Shown here: piece by piece, positions 1-9,062 of the stretch | Layout: each line of letters begins with the position of its first letter | Position numbering within the stretch: the first letter of the stretch is position 1 | Origin: a virus | Virus record (IMG/VR): IMGVR_UViG_3300024265_000031 | Strand: one strand, 5' to 3' | Length of the DNA stretch: 64,000 nt | Program-made: the position numbers and the translations under genes | Notes under the pieces: generated by a model | Database searches by the model: none | Seen by the model: the letters and a program-made list of their open reading frames with translations, nothing else | What the model was told of the DNA's origin: nothing

Positions 1-548
1 TGAAAAGGTGGTTATTTGGCAGTATTGTTGAAAAGAAGTTGCAAATTTTGCAATGCGATATTGATGAAGTTTATTTTAACGGAATTTTGACCAACGTTAA
101 AGATATATATGTGGGCAACATTCATCAAGGATTTTCTTGTACGATGAGTTGTGATTCACCCTGGGGTTGGACGTTTCCAAAAACAATAACAAGACCATAT
201 GGTGGAGGAATTGCAAACGATACGTTTACATTCTATAATGATACTGATGATGCGGATTATCTTTATCCAGCCATAACATTTACTTTAAATGCAATTGGAG
301 ATTCTTTTGGTTTGGTAAATACTACGGATGATAGTAGGGCTTTTACCTTTACTGATATATCTGCGTTAGAGGTAATGACCGTAGACAATAGTAGACAAAT
401 AGTAAGTTCAAGTACAGGATTAAACAGGCTTGGAAAATTTAATAAAAATTGGCTTAGATTATTGCCAGGGAATAATAGTCTTACACTCACAGGAGGGGTA
501 AGCGAGTTTACTATGACTTACCAGTTTGCAAGAAAAATTGGAGGGTAA
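1..548 (+). CDS. Distal tail (Dit)-like / siphovirus tail component, 5' truncated
   Basis: C-terminus WLRLLPGNNSLTLTG is typical of Dit-like proteins; lies directly upstream of the large tail-tip gene. Confidence 0.6.
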   Translation, partial: KRWLFGSIVEKKLQILQCDIDEVYFNGILTNVKDIYVGNIHQGFSCTMSCDSPWGWTFPKTITRPYGGGIANDTFTFYNDTDDADYLYPAITFTLNAIGDSFGLVNTTDDSRAFTFTDISALEVMTVDNSRQIVSSSTGLNRLGKFNKNWLRLLPGNNSLTLTGGVSEFTMTYQFARKIGG

Positions 549-550
549 TA

Positions 551-3500
551 ATGCAACAAAACTTTGACTTTTATGATCAGTTTGAGCAACCTCAAATAAC
601 TTTGCTAAATCCTGATAGAACTGAGCTATATTCTTTGGGAACCATTGAAGGCGGACAGCTTGAATGGCGATATAATGCGCTATCTCGTTTTCGTTTTACG
701 GCCTACAAGACTATTGATGAAGTAGACAATGAATATTATGATTTTTTACAACATAGAAGATTGATATCCGTAGAGAATATAGGATATTTTATAATAACTG
801 ATATTACTGAAGGTAGTGATGGAATTACTGAATTTAAGGAAATAGTTGTTGATTCTCAAGAAGCAGAATTTATCAATAAAAAGGTTACTGTTTTTAGTGG
901 TACATTTGAATTTTATGATCCTATAACTCCTGCTGGAACATTGGTTGGCACTCTTTTAGCATATGTACCTGGATGGTCTGTAGGCACTATTGATGCAGAT
1001 CTATGGGGTTTGTACAGGTCGTTTGATGTATCTGATACAACACTTTATGAATTCATGATGACAGAAGTTTCTCAAGCATATCAGGCAGTATTTTATTTTG
1101 ATACAATTAATAAAACAGTAAATGCAAGATATGTTCCTGATACTCCTACAGCAACAGATATATTTTTATCTTTTGATAATCTTATTGAAAAAACAGAGAT
1201 TAAGGAAATAACATCTGAATTAGTTACTGCACTTACAGTTTATGGTGGTGGTGACTTAGATATTTTAACTGTTAATCCTTTAGGCACGAATACCATTTAT
1301 AATTTTGAACATTTTGAAACAACAGATTGGATGAGTCAAGGATTAATAGATGCTCTTGATACTTGGGAAGCATTGATTGTATCCAATCAGATAACTTATG
1401 CCAATAAGCTTACACAATTAAAAGATGAAAATGAGAATTTACGTGCGTTGGAATCTGAATTGGCAGACCTTACAGCAGAACTTGTGGCTTTACAAGGTGT
1501 TCAAGGAGCTAGAATTCAACAGGGCTTAGATATTTCAAGTATAGCCTCACAAGTTTCTTCGAAAGAGGCTGAAATAGTTTCTAAAAATTCAGAAATTACT
1601 ACTTCTGAAGGATTAATTGCGGGATATATTGTAGACTTAACGGCAATTAATACAACTTTAAGTTTTGATTCAAATTTTAATGATGCTCAATTATTGGAAC
1701 TGAATCCACTTATTATAGGTTCAACATATCAGAACCCTAACTTTATTCAAACAGACATTATGACAAATGCCGAGATACAAGACATGTCACAAAACTTATA
1801 TGACCAAGCAATTATAGTTTTAAATAAAATTGCGGTTCCAAGATATGAATTCAATATAAGTGCTGTAAACTTTATTTTCTTAAAAGAGTATGAAGAATTT
1901 ATCAGTCAAGTTACATTGGGATCAACCATAACTTTAGAACTTACTGATGGCACATACATTTCTCCTGTGTTATTGGGAATAGATTTAGATTATGATGATC
2001 CTAAGAATTTTCAAATGATTTTTGGAAATAAGTTTAGATTGGGAAGTAGTTCATATGAATTTTCTGATTTATTTGGAGACAGCTCTAATTCTTCTATAAA
2101 AACAAGTTTTAATTCAGAACAATGGGGAAACTGGTCAACAAGTCATAAATCTGAAGTAACCACTTTTATTGATAGTGCTCTAAACGCATCTTTAAATAAA
2201 CTTATAAGTTCTACAAACGAAGAAATCACAATAAGTGAAATTGGTTTAAGGGCTAGAACGTATCGTCCTACCACAGACGATTATGATCCCAAGCAATTAT
2301 GGTTAACAAGTAATACGCTTGCATTTAGTAGGGATGGTTTTCAAACAGCCAGTTTAGCGTTAGGTCAAATTGCTGGCCCTAGTGGTTCTGCTTTTGGTCT
2401 AGTTGGAGAAGTAATTGTTGGGCATATTATTGCAGGAAATGAATTAACAATTCAAAATGAAAATAATACATTTGTTGTGGATGGGGCTGGTGCAAGGTTA
2501 ACTAATGCTACATTTACTCTTACGGCAAATGCGAACAGAAATAAAATTCTTTTAGATCCACAGAATGGAATAAAAATTCAAAAATTAATTGGATCTTCTT
2601 ATGTTGATCAATTTTATGTAGATAGTTCTGGAAATGTAATTTTCAAAGGAAATTTATCTGCGGCTACGGGAGATTTTACAGGTACTATTGCTGCCGCCTC
2701 TGGTAATATTGGTGGTTGGCAAATCAAGCCAACTGGACTATTTGATTCTCGCGGAAACTATATTAAAAGTACTGGAGATATTCGACTTGGAAAGTTATCC
2801 ATACATGGCCGCACAGCAATTTTTAGTGGTGATATTTATGCTGATAATTTGCAAGGATTCATCATGGGGCCGCAGATTGGGTTGAATCAAATAATACCAG
2901 AACATATTGATTATTTAGATGCAACTAAAATTACTGCTGGCGAGATGTTGGCGGATAGAATTTTTGGTGGAACTATCAGATGGCCTGGAGCTCAATTGGG
3001 AGTGTCAAAATCTGGATATCCAGAACTTGTGGCGCAGAGCAACATTTCTTTAAGAGTGCTTGATGCTAATGGTCTTCCAAAAATAACATTATCTCGATTG
3101 GGATTGGTAGTAAGAGGAAATGCTAAGTTTATCAATGATGTTTCTTTTGGTGGAGCGATCATTGCTGATTCATTTTATCCAGAAACGACAAAGGGTAAAA
3201 CAAAAGATGTTAAACTTGGTGAAAGAATACTCAATTTTAAAAAAGGTATCTTGATTGGTCTTAATTTTGATAATGTTGACGATCCTTCGCCAGAACAAGC
3301 CCCACTAGTAAGTTATGCAGGAAAAGACATTCCAAATTCAGACTTCACGGATCCTGGTATTTTTAATGGCGCAATTTTTGCTGGAGCCAATGTGCGATAT
3401 AGCGATTTTGAAGACGCTTCTCTATATGGGGTAAATTTTTCTGTAGTTGATGCTAGGGACACCAACTTTGATGGTGCTTATTTTGGTGGAGCAAATCTTG

Positions 3501-3883
3501 CGGTCAGCAATTTTAGTGACGCAAATTTTTTTAATACGTCTTTTAATGGTGGTGATCTTAGTCATGCACGTTTTGATGATACGAATATAGGAGCGATGGA
3601 TTGTTGGGGAGTTACCATGTTGGAAGTTCATATTGATGACTGTATAGGAAACCCAACGGCATTTACATCTTGTACGATGAATGGAGCATTTTTTAGAGAT
3701 GTAGATTTATCAGGGACTACTTTTGATGGTAGCAATTTATCTGATGGCGATATTCGTACTTGCAATATTGCCGGTGCATCGTTTAGAGATTGCAATTTAA
3801 CAGGGGTTAACTTTACTGGATCAACTGGTTCAGGAACGGCAAATTTTACAAATGCTCTTATGACTGGCGTTATTGGTTTATAA
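551..3883 (+). CDS. Tail spike/tip protein (prophage tail endopeptidase-like N-terminus, coiled coil, C-terminal pentapeptide repeats)
   Basis: 1110 aa; LVTALTVYGG motif, central heptad region, C-terminal xxFxx/xxLxx 5-residue periodicity. Confidence 0.7.
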   Translation: MQQNFDFYDQFEQPQITLLNPDRTELYSLGTIEGGQLEWRYNALSRFRFTAYKTIDEVDNEYYDFLQHRRLISVENIGYFIITDITEGSDGITEFKEIVVDSQEAEFINKKVTVFSGTFEFYDPITPAGTLVGTLLAYVPGWSVGTIDADLWGLYRSFDVSDTTLYEFMMTEVSQAYQAVFYFDTINKTVNARYVPDTPTATDIFLSFDNLIEKTEIKEITSELVTALTVYGGGDLDILTVNPLGTNTIYNFEHFETTDWMSQGLIDALDTWEALIVSNQITYANKLTQLKDENENLRALESELADLTAELVALQGVQGARIQQGLDISSIASQVSSKEAEIVSKNSEITTSEGLIAGYIVDLTAINTTLSFDSNFNDAQLLELNPLIIGSTYQNPNFIQTDIMTNAEIQDMSQNLYDQAIIVLNKIAVPRYEFNISAVNFIFLKEYEEFISQVTLGSTITLELTDGTYISPVLLGIDLDYDDPKNFQMIFGNKFRLGSSSYEFSDLFGDSSNSSIKTSFNSEQWGNWSTSHKSEVTTFIDSALNASLNKLISSTNEEITISEIGLRARTYRPTTDDYDPKQLWLTSNTLAFSRDGFQTASLALGQIAGPSGSAFGLVGEVIVGHIIAGNELTIQNENNTFVVDGAGARLTNATFTLTANANRNKILLDPQNGIKIQKLIGSSYVDQFYVDSSGNVIFKGNLSAATGDFTGTIAAASGNIGGWQIKPTGLFDSRGNYIKSTGDIRLGKLSIHGRTAIFSGDIYADNLQGFIMGPQIGLNQIIPEHIDYLDATKITAGEMLADRIFGGTIRWPGAQLGVSKSGYPELVAQSNISLRVLDANGLPKITLSRLGLVVRGNAKFINDVSFGGAIIADSFYPETTKGKTKDVKLGERILNFKKGILIGLNFDNVDDPSPEQAPLVSYAGKDIPNSDFTDPGIFNGAIFAGANVRYSDFEDASLYGVNFSVVDARDTNFDGAYFGGANLAVSNFSDANFFNTSFNGGDLSHARFDDTNIGAMDCWGVTMLEVHIDDCIGNPTAFTSCTMNGAFFRDVDLSGTTFDGSNLSDGDIRTCNIAGASFRDCNLTGVNFTGSTGSGTANFTNALMTGVIGL

Positions 3884-3894
3884 AGGATGAAAAT

Positions 3895-4080
3895 ATGAAC
3901 AAAAATTTCAAAAAACAAATTGAAGAAATTTATGGTCTTTTAGACAGATTGGAATTTAGGGGAATAAATAACGTTATAATAATGTCAAATGTCTTCCAGC
4001 ATTTGGAAGCAATTATACAAGAATTCCAAAAGGATGACATAAATATTAAAAAAATTCCAGAAAAGAAGGAGGAAAAATGA
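3895..4080 (+). CDS. Small hypothetical tail-module protein
   Basis: 61 aa ORF overlapping the next start codon. Confidence 0.5.
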   Translation: MNKNFKKQIEEIYGLLDRLEFRGINNVIIMSNVFQHLEAIIQEFQKDDINIKKIPEKKEEK

Positions 4081-4427
4081 CATTTCCTGTATATGCAACT
4101 ATTAATGACTTGTCAGAAACAACTTTTATTGCTGGAACAGAACAAGTTTATACTTTTAATGTTTATAATAGTGCGAGTGCTCCAATCAACATTGCTTCGG
4201 GCAGTACGTCTTGGAGATTGAGTAAATATGGCGACCCCACTGTTTTAGTTACAAAAACTGGCTCTCCATCTGGCAGTGCTTCTAGTCAATTTTCTGTAAC
4301 ACTAGAGGGAAGTGATACGATTGATTTAAGCGGTAAATATTTGCATCAACCTTTATTTATTGATGCTGATGGATCGCCGTTTCGTCCAAGCCAGGGCATA
4401 TTAAATATTACAAGTGCAATTCAATAA
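4077..4427 (+). CDS. Baseplate upper protein (BppU N-terminal-like)
   Basis: 116 aa beta-rich; VTLEGSDTIDLSGKY resembles the BppU_N pattern; AGGAGG RBS. Confidence 0.45.
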   Translation: MTFPVYATINDLSETTFIAGTEQVYTFNVYNSASAPINIASGSTSWRLSKYGDPTVLVTKTGSPSGSASSQFSVTLEGSDTIDLSGKYLHQPLFIDADGSPFRPSQGILNITSAIQ

Positions 4428-4439
4428 AGGAGGAAATAA

Positions 4440-4850
4440 ATGGCTATTACAATTTATGCAAGCAATAAGTGGCTTGATAAGGGATTTGGGGCTACTAACT
4501 ATACGCCTCCTGGAACTATGTATCTAGGCTTATCTACTACGACTATTAGCGCAAGTGGCACTAATTCAACTGAACCTGGAAGTGGTTCATATGTGAGAAA
4601 ATCTGTAACTAATGATAAAAATGAATTTAGTACCGCTGCTGGTGGAGCACTAACTAACAAAAATGACATTGAGTTCCAAGAAAGTTCTGGATCGTGGGGA
4701 ACGATTACGGATGTTGCCTTCTGGGATCATGCAGAGTCAGGTAGCGGAAATGTTTGGTATTTTCAACAGTTGTCTTCGTCTAAAGTTGTACAAGCACAAA
4801 CTACAGTAACGTTTTCTGCTAGTTCGCTTAATATAACAATGACAAATTAA
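4440..4850 (+). CDS. Phage tail-fibre-associated structural protein
   Basis: YLGLSTT..EP..YVR..N..I.F..SGSWGTIT pattern common in phage tail modules. Confidence 0.6.
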   Translation: MAITIYASNKWLDKGFGATNYTPPGTMYLGLSTTTISASGTNSTEPGSGSYVRKSVTNDKNEFSTAAGGALTNKNDIEFQESSGSWGTITDVAFWDHAESGSGNVWYFQQLSSSKVVQAQTTVTFSASSLNITMTN

Positions 4851-4897
4851 GTTTAAATAAAAAACTGCATTTTATTTGGGAATAAAAGGAGGAAATT

Positions 4898-5686
4898 ATG
4901 GCTTCATTATATCCAGGACAAATTGATTCTTATACGCCAGCAGTTGACGATTCAATTGCATTCGCATCTCAAATGAATGTGGCTTATGACGGAATTGTGG
5001 CAACTCAGACGGCATTGGGAACTAATCTTTCTAACGTATTTAAATCTGATGGAGAAGCGATATTAACAGGATCGGCACTTGATATTTCTGGTTCAACAAC
5101 GCCAACCCTCTCCACAACACACCAGACTGTGCTGGAGCTGCATAGGGATACGAAAGTCCAAGCAGATACACTTGAGCTTTTATTTCAAGCTGATGACACT
5201 AATGACACTGTTCAAACTTATTCCAAGATAGATGTGTATTTGTCTGACACAACAGCAGGAAGCAAAGATGCTGTGATGAGATTTTATACGATGAGAGGCA
5301 ACAATTTCAGTGTTGGTATGCAAGTGGCGGAATCAAGAGTAAGAATTAATCCCAATGCTGCAGATTATGATTTTCAAATATATAGTGATGATGACTCGCC
5401 ATTAGTTCATGTTGATGGCAATAACAATGCCGCCACCTTTGGTAATACAACATATGGAGGCAAGGTATTAATTGACCAAAATGATAATACAGGTGCAATA
5501 CCTGTGCTTGGTCTTGATCAAGCAGACATATCAGAAGAATTTATCAATTTTGTATCAACTAGTGCATCAAGTGTAGCGAATCCTATTAGTGAATGGACAA
5601 GTGGCAATTCAATTCAAGGGTTTCTTAGAATGGCTATTAATAATAGTTTTGTATGGGTTCCATACTATGATGCCCCAAGTAGTTAA
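4898..5686 (+). CDS. Putative tail fibre / structural protein
   Basis: 262 aa beta-rich, strong RBS, tail module context. Confidence 0.5.
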   Translation: MASLYPGQIDSYTPAVDDSIAFASQMNVAYDGIVATQTALGTNLSNVFKSDGEAILTGSALDISGSTTPTLSTTHQTVLELHRDTKVQADTLELLFQADDTNDTVQTYSKIDVYLSDTTAGSKDAVMRFYTMRGNNFSVGMQVAESRVRINPNAADYDFQIYSDDDSPLVHVDGNNNAATFGNTTYGGKVLIDQNDNTGAIPVLGLDQADISEEFINFVSTSASSVANPISEWTSGNSIQGFLRMAINNSFVWVPYYDAPSS

Positions 5687-5697
5687 GGAGATATTTC

Positions 5698-5919
5698 ATG
5701 ACACAAAAAATTAATTTATCAGTAGATGATGTGGCAGATGTAAATTTTATAAATGATTTTTGTGATTCGCAGTCATATGATAGTAATGTAGATGGAACAA
5801 AAACAGAATTTATTAAGGCAGAAATTATACGGTTTCTTGCAGGAAAAGTAAATAACCATCGAGAGCGATTGGCACACGAAGCAGCAGACTGGACAGATGC
5901 AATAGGTTCAATATCATAG
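5698..5919 (+). CDS. Hypothetical protein
   Basis: 73 aa, AGGAG RBS, co-oriented. Confidence 0.55.
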   Translation: MTQKINLSVDDVADVNFINDFCDSQSYDSNVDGTKTEFIKAEIIRFLAGKVNNHRERLAHEAADWTDAIGSIS

Positions 5920-5926
5920 GAGATAA

Positions 5927-6121
5927 ATGACAACAAAAAAAGAAGATAAAATATTGACTCCGCAAGAACGCTCGGACAAATGTGATATATTAGTTAAGGC
6001 TGCGTTAAAAAAAACCAATTGTCAATTAATTAGTGAGCCCGTTGTAGTTAGAATACCGTTAGGCAAACAATGGATTTATGGATTAGATTCAATACCTAAA
6101 ATTGTACCAAATCCAGAATAG
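5927..6121 (+). CDS. Hypothetical protein
   Basis: 64 aa, AGGAG RBS. Confidence 0.55.
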   Translation: MTTKKEDKILTPQERSDKCDILVKAALKKTNCQLISEPVVVRIPLGKQWIYGLDSIPKIVPNPE

Positions 6122-6146
6122 TTGTAAGTAAAAAAGGAGACAACCG

Positions 6147-6752
6147 ATGAAATGGGGTTTTGGTATTTGGGGTAGAGATAAATGGGGGGCAGAAGCTAAT
6201 AAGATTTTTGATTCTTATATTGCTGGTACAAAAACTTTTAATATATATATCAACACTGCCGGAACATCTTTTGATTCCTATATTACTTCAGCAAAATCAT
6301 TTTCAGTTGAACTTTTTGGATATCAAGTAACTGCCTCATGGAATATAAATTTTATTCAACATTTGAATATTTTGGTTACACAATTTTTACAAACTTTAAG
6401 ATTGTTCCAAGATATTGATATTCCCGCCACTATAATTACTTTCACTGCAGGTATGTTAAAGTTGGGGGAACGATTATTCGTAGATTGGGATATTCCTGAG
6501 CCTGTTTTTGACATTGTATTCAAACAGAATTTAAAAGTATTAAATACAGTAGTAACTATACCAGTATCCACACTTGCAATATTGGTTAGAGTAGGTGTAA
6601 AAATTCCCAACGTATCAATGGCAATTCCGCCAACAGTTTTCGCTGCAAGTGCGGTTGTACAACAATATTATCATTTATATGATTACGATCCAGATGCTTT
6701 ACATACGATGGACAGTACAGCATTAGAAGATTTAGATTTTCAGACAATATAG
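6147..6752 (+). CDS. Hypothetical structural protein
   Basis: 201 aa, AGGAG RBS, WG repeats at the N-terminus. Confidence 0.55.
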   Translation: MKWGFGIWGRDKWGAEANKIFDSYIAGTKTFNIYINTAGTSFDSYITSAKSFSVELFGYQVTASWNINFIQHLNILVTQFLQTLRLFQDIDIPATIITFTAGMLKLGERLFVDWDIPEPVFDIVFKQNLKVLNTVVTIPVSTLAILVRVGVKIPNVSMAIPPTVFAASAVVQQYYHLYDYDPDALHTMDSTALEDLDFQTI

Positions 6753-6764
6753 GAGGAGGCATTT

Positions 6765-7886
6765 ATGAGTATTTCGCCCTATTTAGGATTAACTTTGTAT
6801 GATGCAATTACAGATGCCTCTGCTTTATTTTCAACATACAGAGATGATCAAGCGGGAACGGGTGGCAGTTCCAATATGTCCATAGTTGATAGGTTTGCCA
6901 ATGATACGGCTGGATCTATTGTTACACTTCAGGGGTCGCCTCAAATAATAAGAGTGGATGGAGTTGAAATATCTACTAATTATTATGAAGCAACCGTTGC
7001 CGCAATTGATACATATATTACAGACATGTTCATTTCTTTAAATTTAGATGTAACTGTTACGGGCAATACAACATTAAAGATTAATGCGCTATCTGTAATT
7101 ACATTGAAAAAAATTAATGTTGCTGGAAATAAAACCAATATTGCTAGTGGTGAATTAAATATCAATAAAGAATATCTTTTTAGATATGATGGAACTAATT
7201 GGATGTGGGTTACTCCCAATGTTGCCAATCAGATATTTGTTTCTGGAACAACTGGGAATTTTACTGCTATTAGTTCTGATGGATATTTAGAAGATAGTGG
7301 AATAGCACCTTATCTTGGCATTTCTCCAATTTCTATTTCTGGCAGTCAAGTTTCACATGTTGTTAGTGGGGTGGGAGCCGCTGCCTATACAAATGCAAGT
7401 GTTACTGTCAATGCAAAGGGACACATTACTGCCGCTGCATCTGGTGATAGCGGATCTACAATAATATCTGGTTCAGATGTAATGTCAGACAGTAGTGGAT
7501 CCGTTGCTAAACACAATGTAAGCGGTATTGCTCTTGGAACTTATAATAAAGTTGATGTGAATACAACAGGGCACAATACAAGTGGCAGTCTTGTGGCATA
7601 TTTGACAGATGCGGTTATATCTGGTTCTGATGTGATGTCAGATACAAGTGGGTGCGTTGCAAAGCATAATGTAAGTGGTGTTGCCTCTGGATCATATAAC
7701 TCAATTGGAGTTAATACGACTGGGCACGTTACAAGTGGAAGCACATTTAGTTATTTAACTATTGTTGGTATTCCTGCAAGCGGAAGTGCAGCGGGCGTTG
7801 CTGGACAATTTGCATATAGCGGAAGTTATATATATATATGTACACAAGCTAATACATGGACAAGAGCGGCAATTGCAACATGGTAA
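6765..7886 (+). CDS. Tail fibre protein with internal repeats
   Basis: Fibre-type repeats VTVNAKGHIT, VDVNTTGHNT, IGVNTTGHVT; C-terminal YIYICTQANTWTRAAIATW; Ser/Gly rich. Confidence 0.7.
   Translation: MSISPYLGLTLYDAITDASALFSTYRDDQAGTGGSSNMSIVDRFANDTAGSIVTLQGSPQIIRVDGVEISTNYYEATVAAIDTYITDMFISLNLDVTVTGNTTLKINALSVITLKKINVAGNKTNIASGELNINKEYLFRYDGTNWMWVTPNVANQIFVSGTTGNFTAISSDGYLEDSGIAPYLGISPISISGSQVSHVVSGVGAAAYTNASVTVNAKGHITAAASGDSGSTIISGSDVMSDSSGSVAKHNVSGIALGTYNKVDVNTTGHNTSGSLVAYLTDAVISGSDVMSDTSGCVAKHNVSGVASGSYNSIGVNTTGHVTSGSTFSYLTIVGIPASGSAAGVAGQFAYSGSYIYICTQANTWTRAAIATW
7464..7760 (+). repeat. Imperfect 153-bp (51 aa) tandem duplication in tail fibre gene
   Basis: ISGSDVMSD..G.VAKHNVSG units start at 7464 and 7617. 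Confidence 0.85.
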
Positions 7887-7918
7887 CATAAAATCTTTAT
7901 TTTATTAGGAGGAGGGAG

Positions 7919-8251
7919 ATGCCATATGATTTAACTTCTGGATTTTTATTTCTGGGAATTTTACAACTGCTATGTTTTTCTTTTGCAATTGTTTTATTAG
8001 TAATGAAATTAAAAATATCTAAATGCTCTAAATATAAGAAAATTTATCAAATACCTTGGATTGTTTGGACAATCCATTTTATTATTTTTTATGGTGTTTA
8101 CTTTGTTGATTGGACTTTTGGTTTGGGACTTCGCAATATGATAGAGCCAGATTTCTTTACAATATGGTCAGTGATACTAAGGCTACACCTGTTAGGAACT
8201 TTTCTTTCCTATTCATCAATACAAAAACCATTTTATAAGGGAGGTAAGTAA
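7919..8251 (+). CDS. Three-TM membrane protein (holin-like candidate)
   Basis: Three hydrophobic segments; end of tail module. Confidence 0.4.
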   Translation: MPYDLTSGFLFLGILQLLCFSFAIVLLVMKLKISKCSKYKKIYQIPWIVWTIHFIIFYGVYFVDWTFGLGLRNMIEPDFFTIWSVILRLHLLGTFLSYSSIQKPFYKGGK

Positions 8252-8661
8252 TGACAGTACCGCTTTGGATAATTATTGTTGGCACTATTATAATACCTTT
8301 AATAATATGTTTGCCTAGTTATTGGATTTTATGGCAAAATAGAAAAAAACGAGATATAGATGAAAGAAGAGATTTGTCTGATGATGCACTTGAACTTTAT
8401 GATAGAATGAAAGTTAAGGCAGAAGAAGTAGAAGAAGAGCTAGAAAATTTAAGAGCATCTTCTAAAGATGTAACTGAACTACAAAATACAATTGCAGAAT
8501 TAAAAAATATAGTAAAAGAAATGAGAAAAGAAATTGAAACATTAGCCACTTCACTTGAAGAGGCAATTTCAATTGGTTGGATGTTGCATGATCAATTGGT
8601 GGAAAATAAAATTGAACCAACAATAAAACCAAAAGCAAGAAGAAGAAGTGACAAGAAATAA
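8251..8661 (+). CDS. N-terminal TM plus coiled-coil protein (lysis-associated candidate)
   Basis: One TM helix, heptad-rich body, basic tail. Confidence 0.4.
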   Translation: MTVPLWIIIVGTIIIPLIICLPSYWILWQNRKKRDIDERRDLSDDALELYDRMKVKAEEVEEELENLRASSKDVTELQNTIAELKNIVKEMRKEIETLATSLEEAISIGWMLHDQLVENKIEPTIKPKARRRSDKK

Positions 8662-8691
8662 AAATAGCCCCATATTGGGGCTAATTTTTTT
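8662..8691. terminator. Bidirectional intrinsic terminator between convergent modules
   Basis: aaatagcccca-tat-tggggctaattttttt hairpin flanked by A- and T-runs at the strand switch. Confidence 0.85.
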
Positions 8692-8699
8692 GCCAATTT

Positions 8700-9062
8700 T
8701 TAGTATCCTAATTCTTCCAAGATTTTTCTTTCTTTTTTGAGATCTCTATTAAGAGCGTGTTGTTCTGTAAATTTATCAGGATATCTAGATTTCAATTTAT
8801 CTATGTTGTTTTGAAGGATGTTTTCTAGGTCAAAATTGTTTATATTGCAAAAATTTATTAAATAAAACATCGCGTCTCCAATTTCTTCTTGAACATTTAT
8901 CCAATCTATTTTTTTACCATATGCCATGTTAGTTTTAAAAATATTGGCTAATTCTGCAACTTCTGTGACCATGCCCAACACCATATGTAAATTATCCATT
9001 TTTTTGGATGGAAGTTTGGCGTTTGTACGTTTTGCTTCTTGAGCGTATTTTTTGAGATTCAT
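8700..9062 (-). CDS. MazG-like NTP pyrophosphohydrolase
   Basis: TEVAEL...EEIGDAMFY acidic motif. Confidence 0.85.
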   Translation of the reverse strand: MNLKKYAQEAKRTNAKLPSKKMDNLHMVLGMVTEVAELANIFKTNMAYGKKIDWINVQEEIGDAMFYLINFCNINNFDLENILQNNIDKLKSRYPDKFTEQHALNRDLKKERKILEELGY

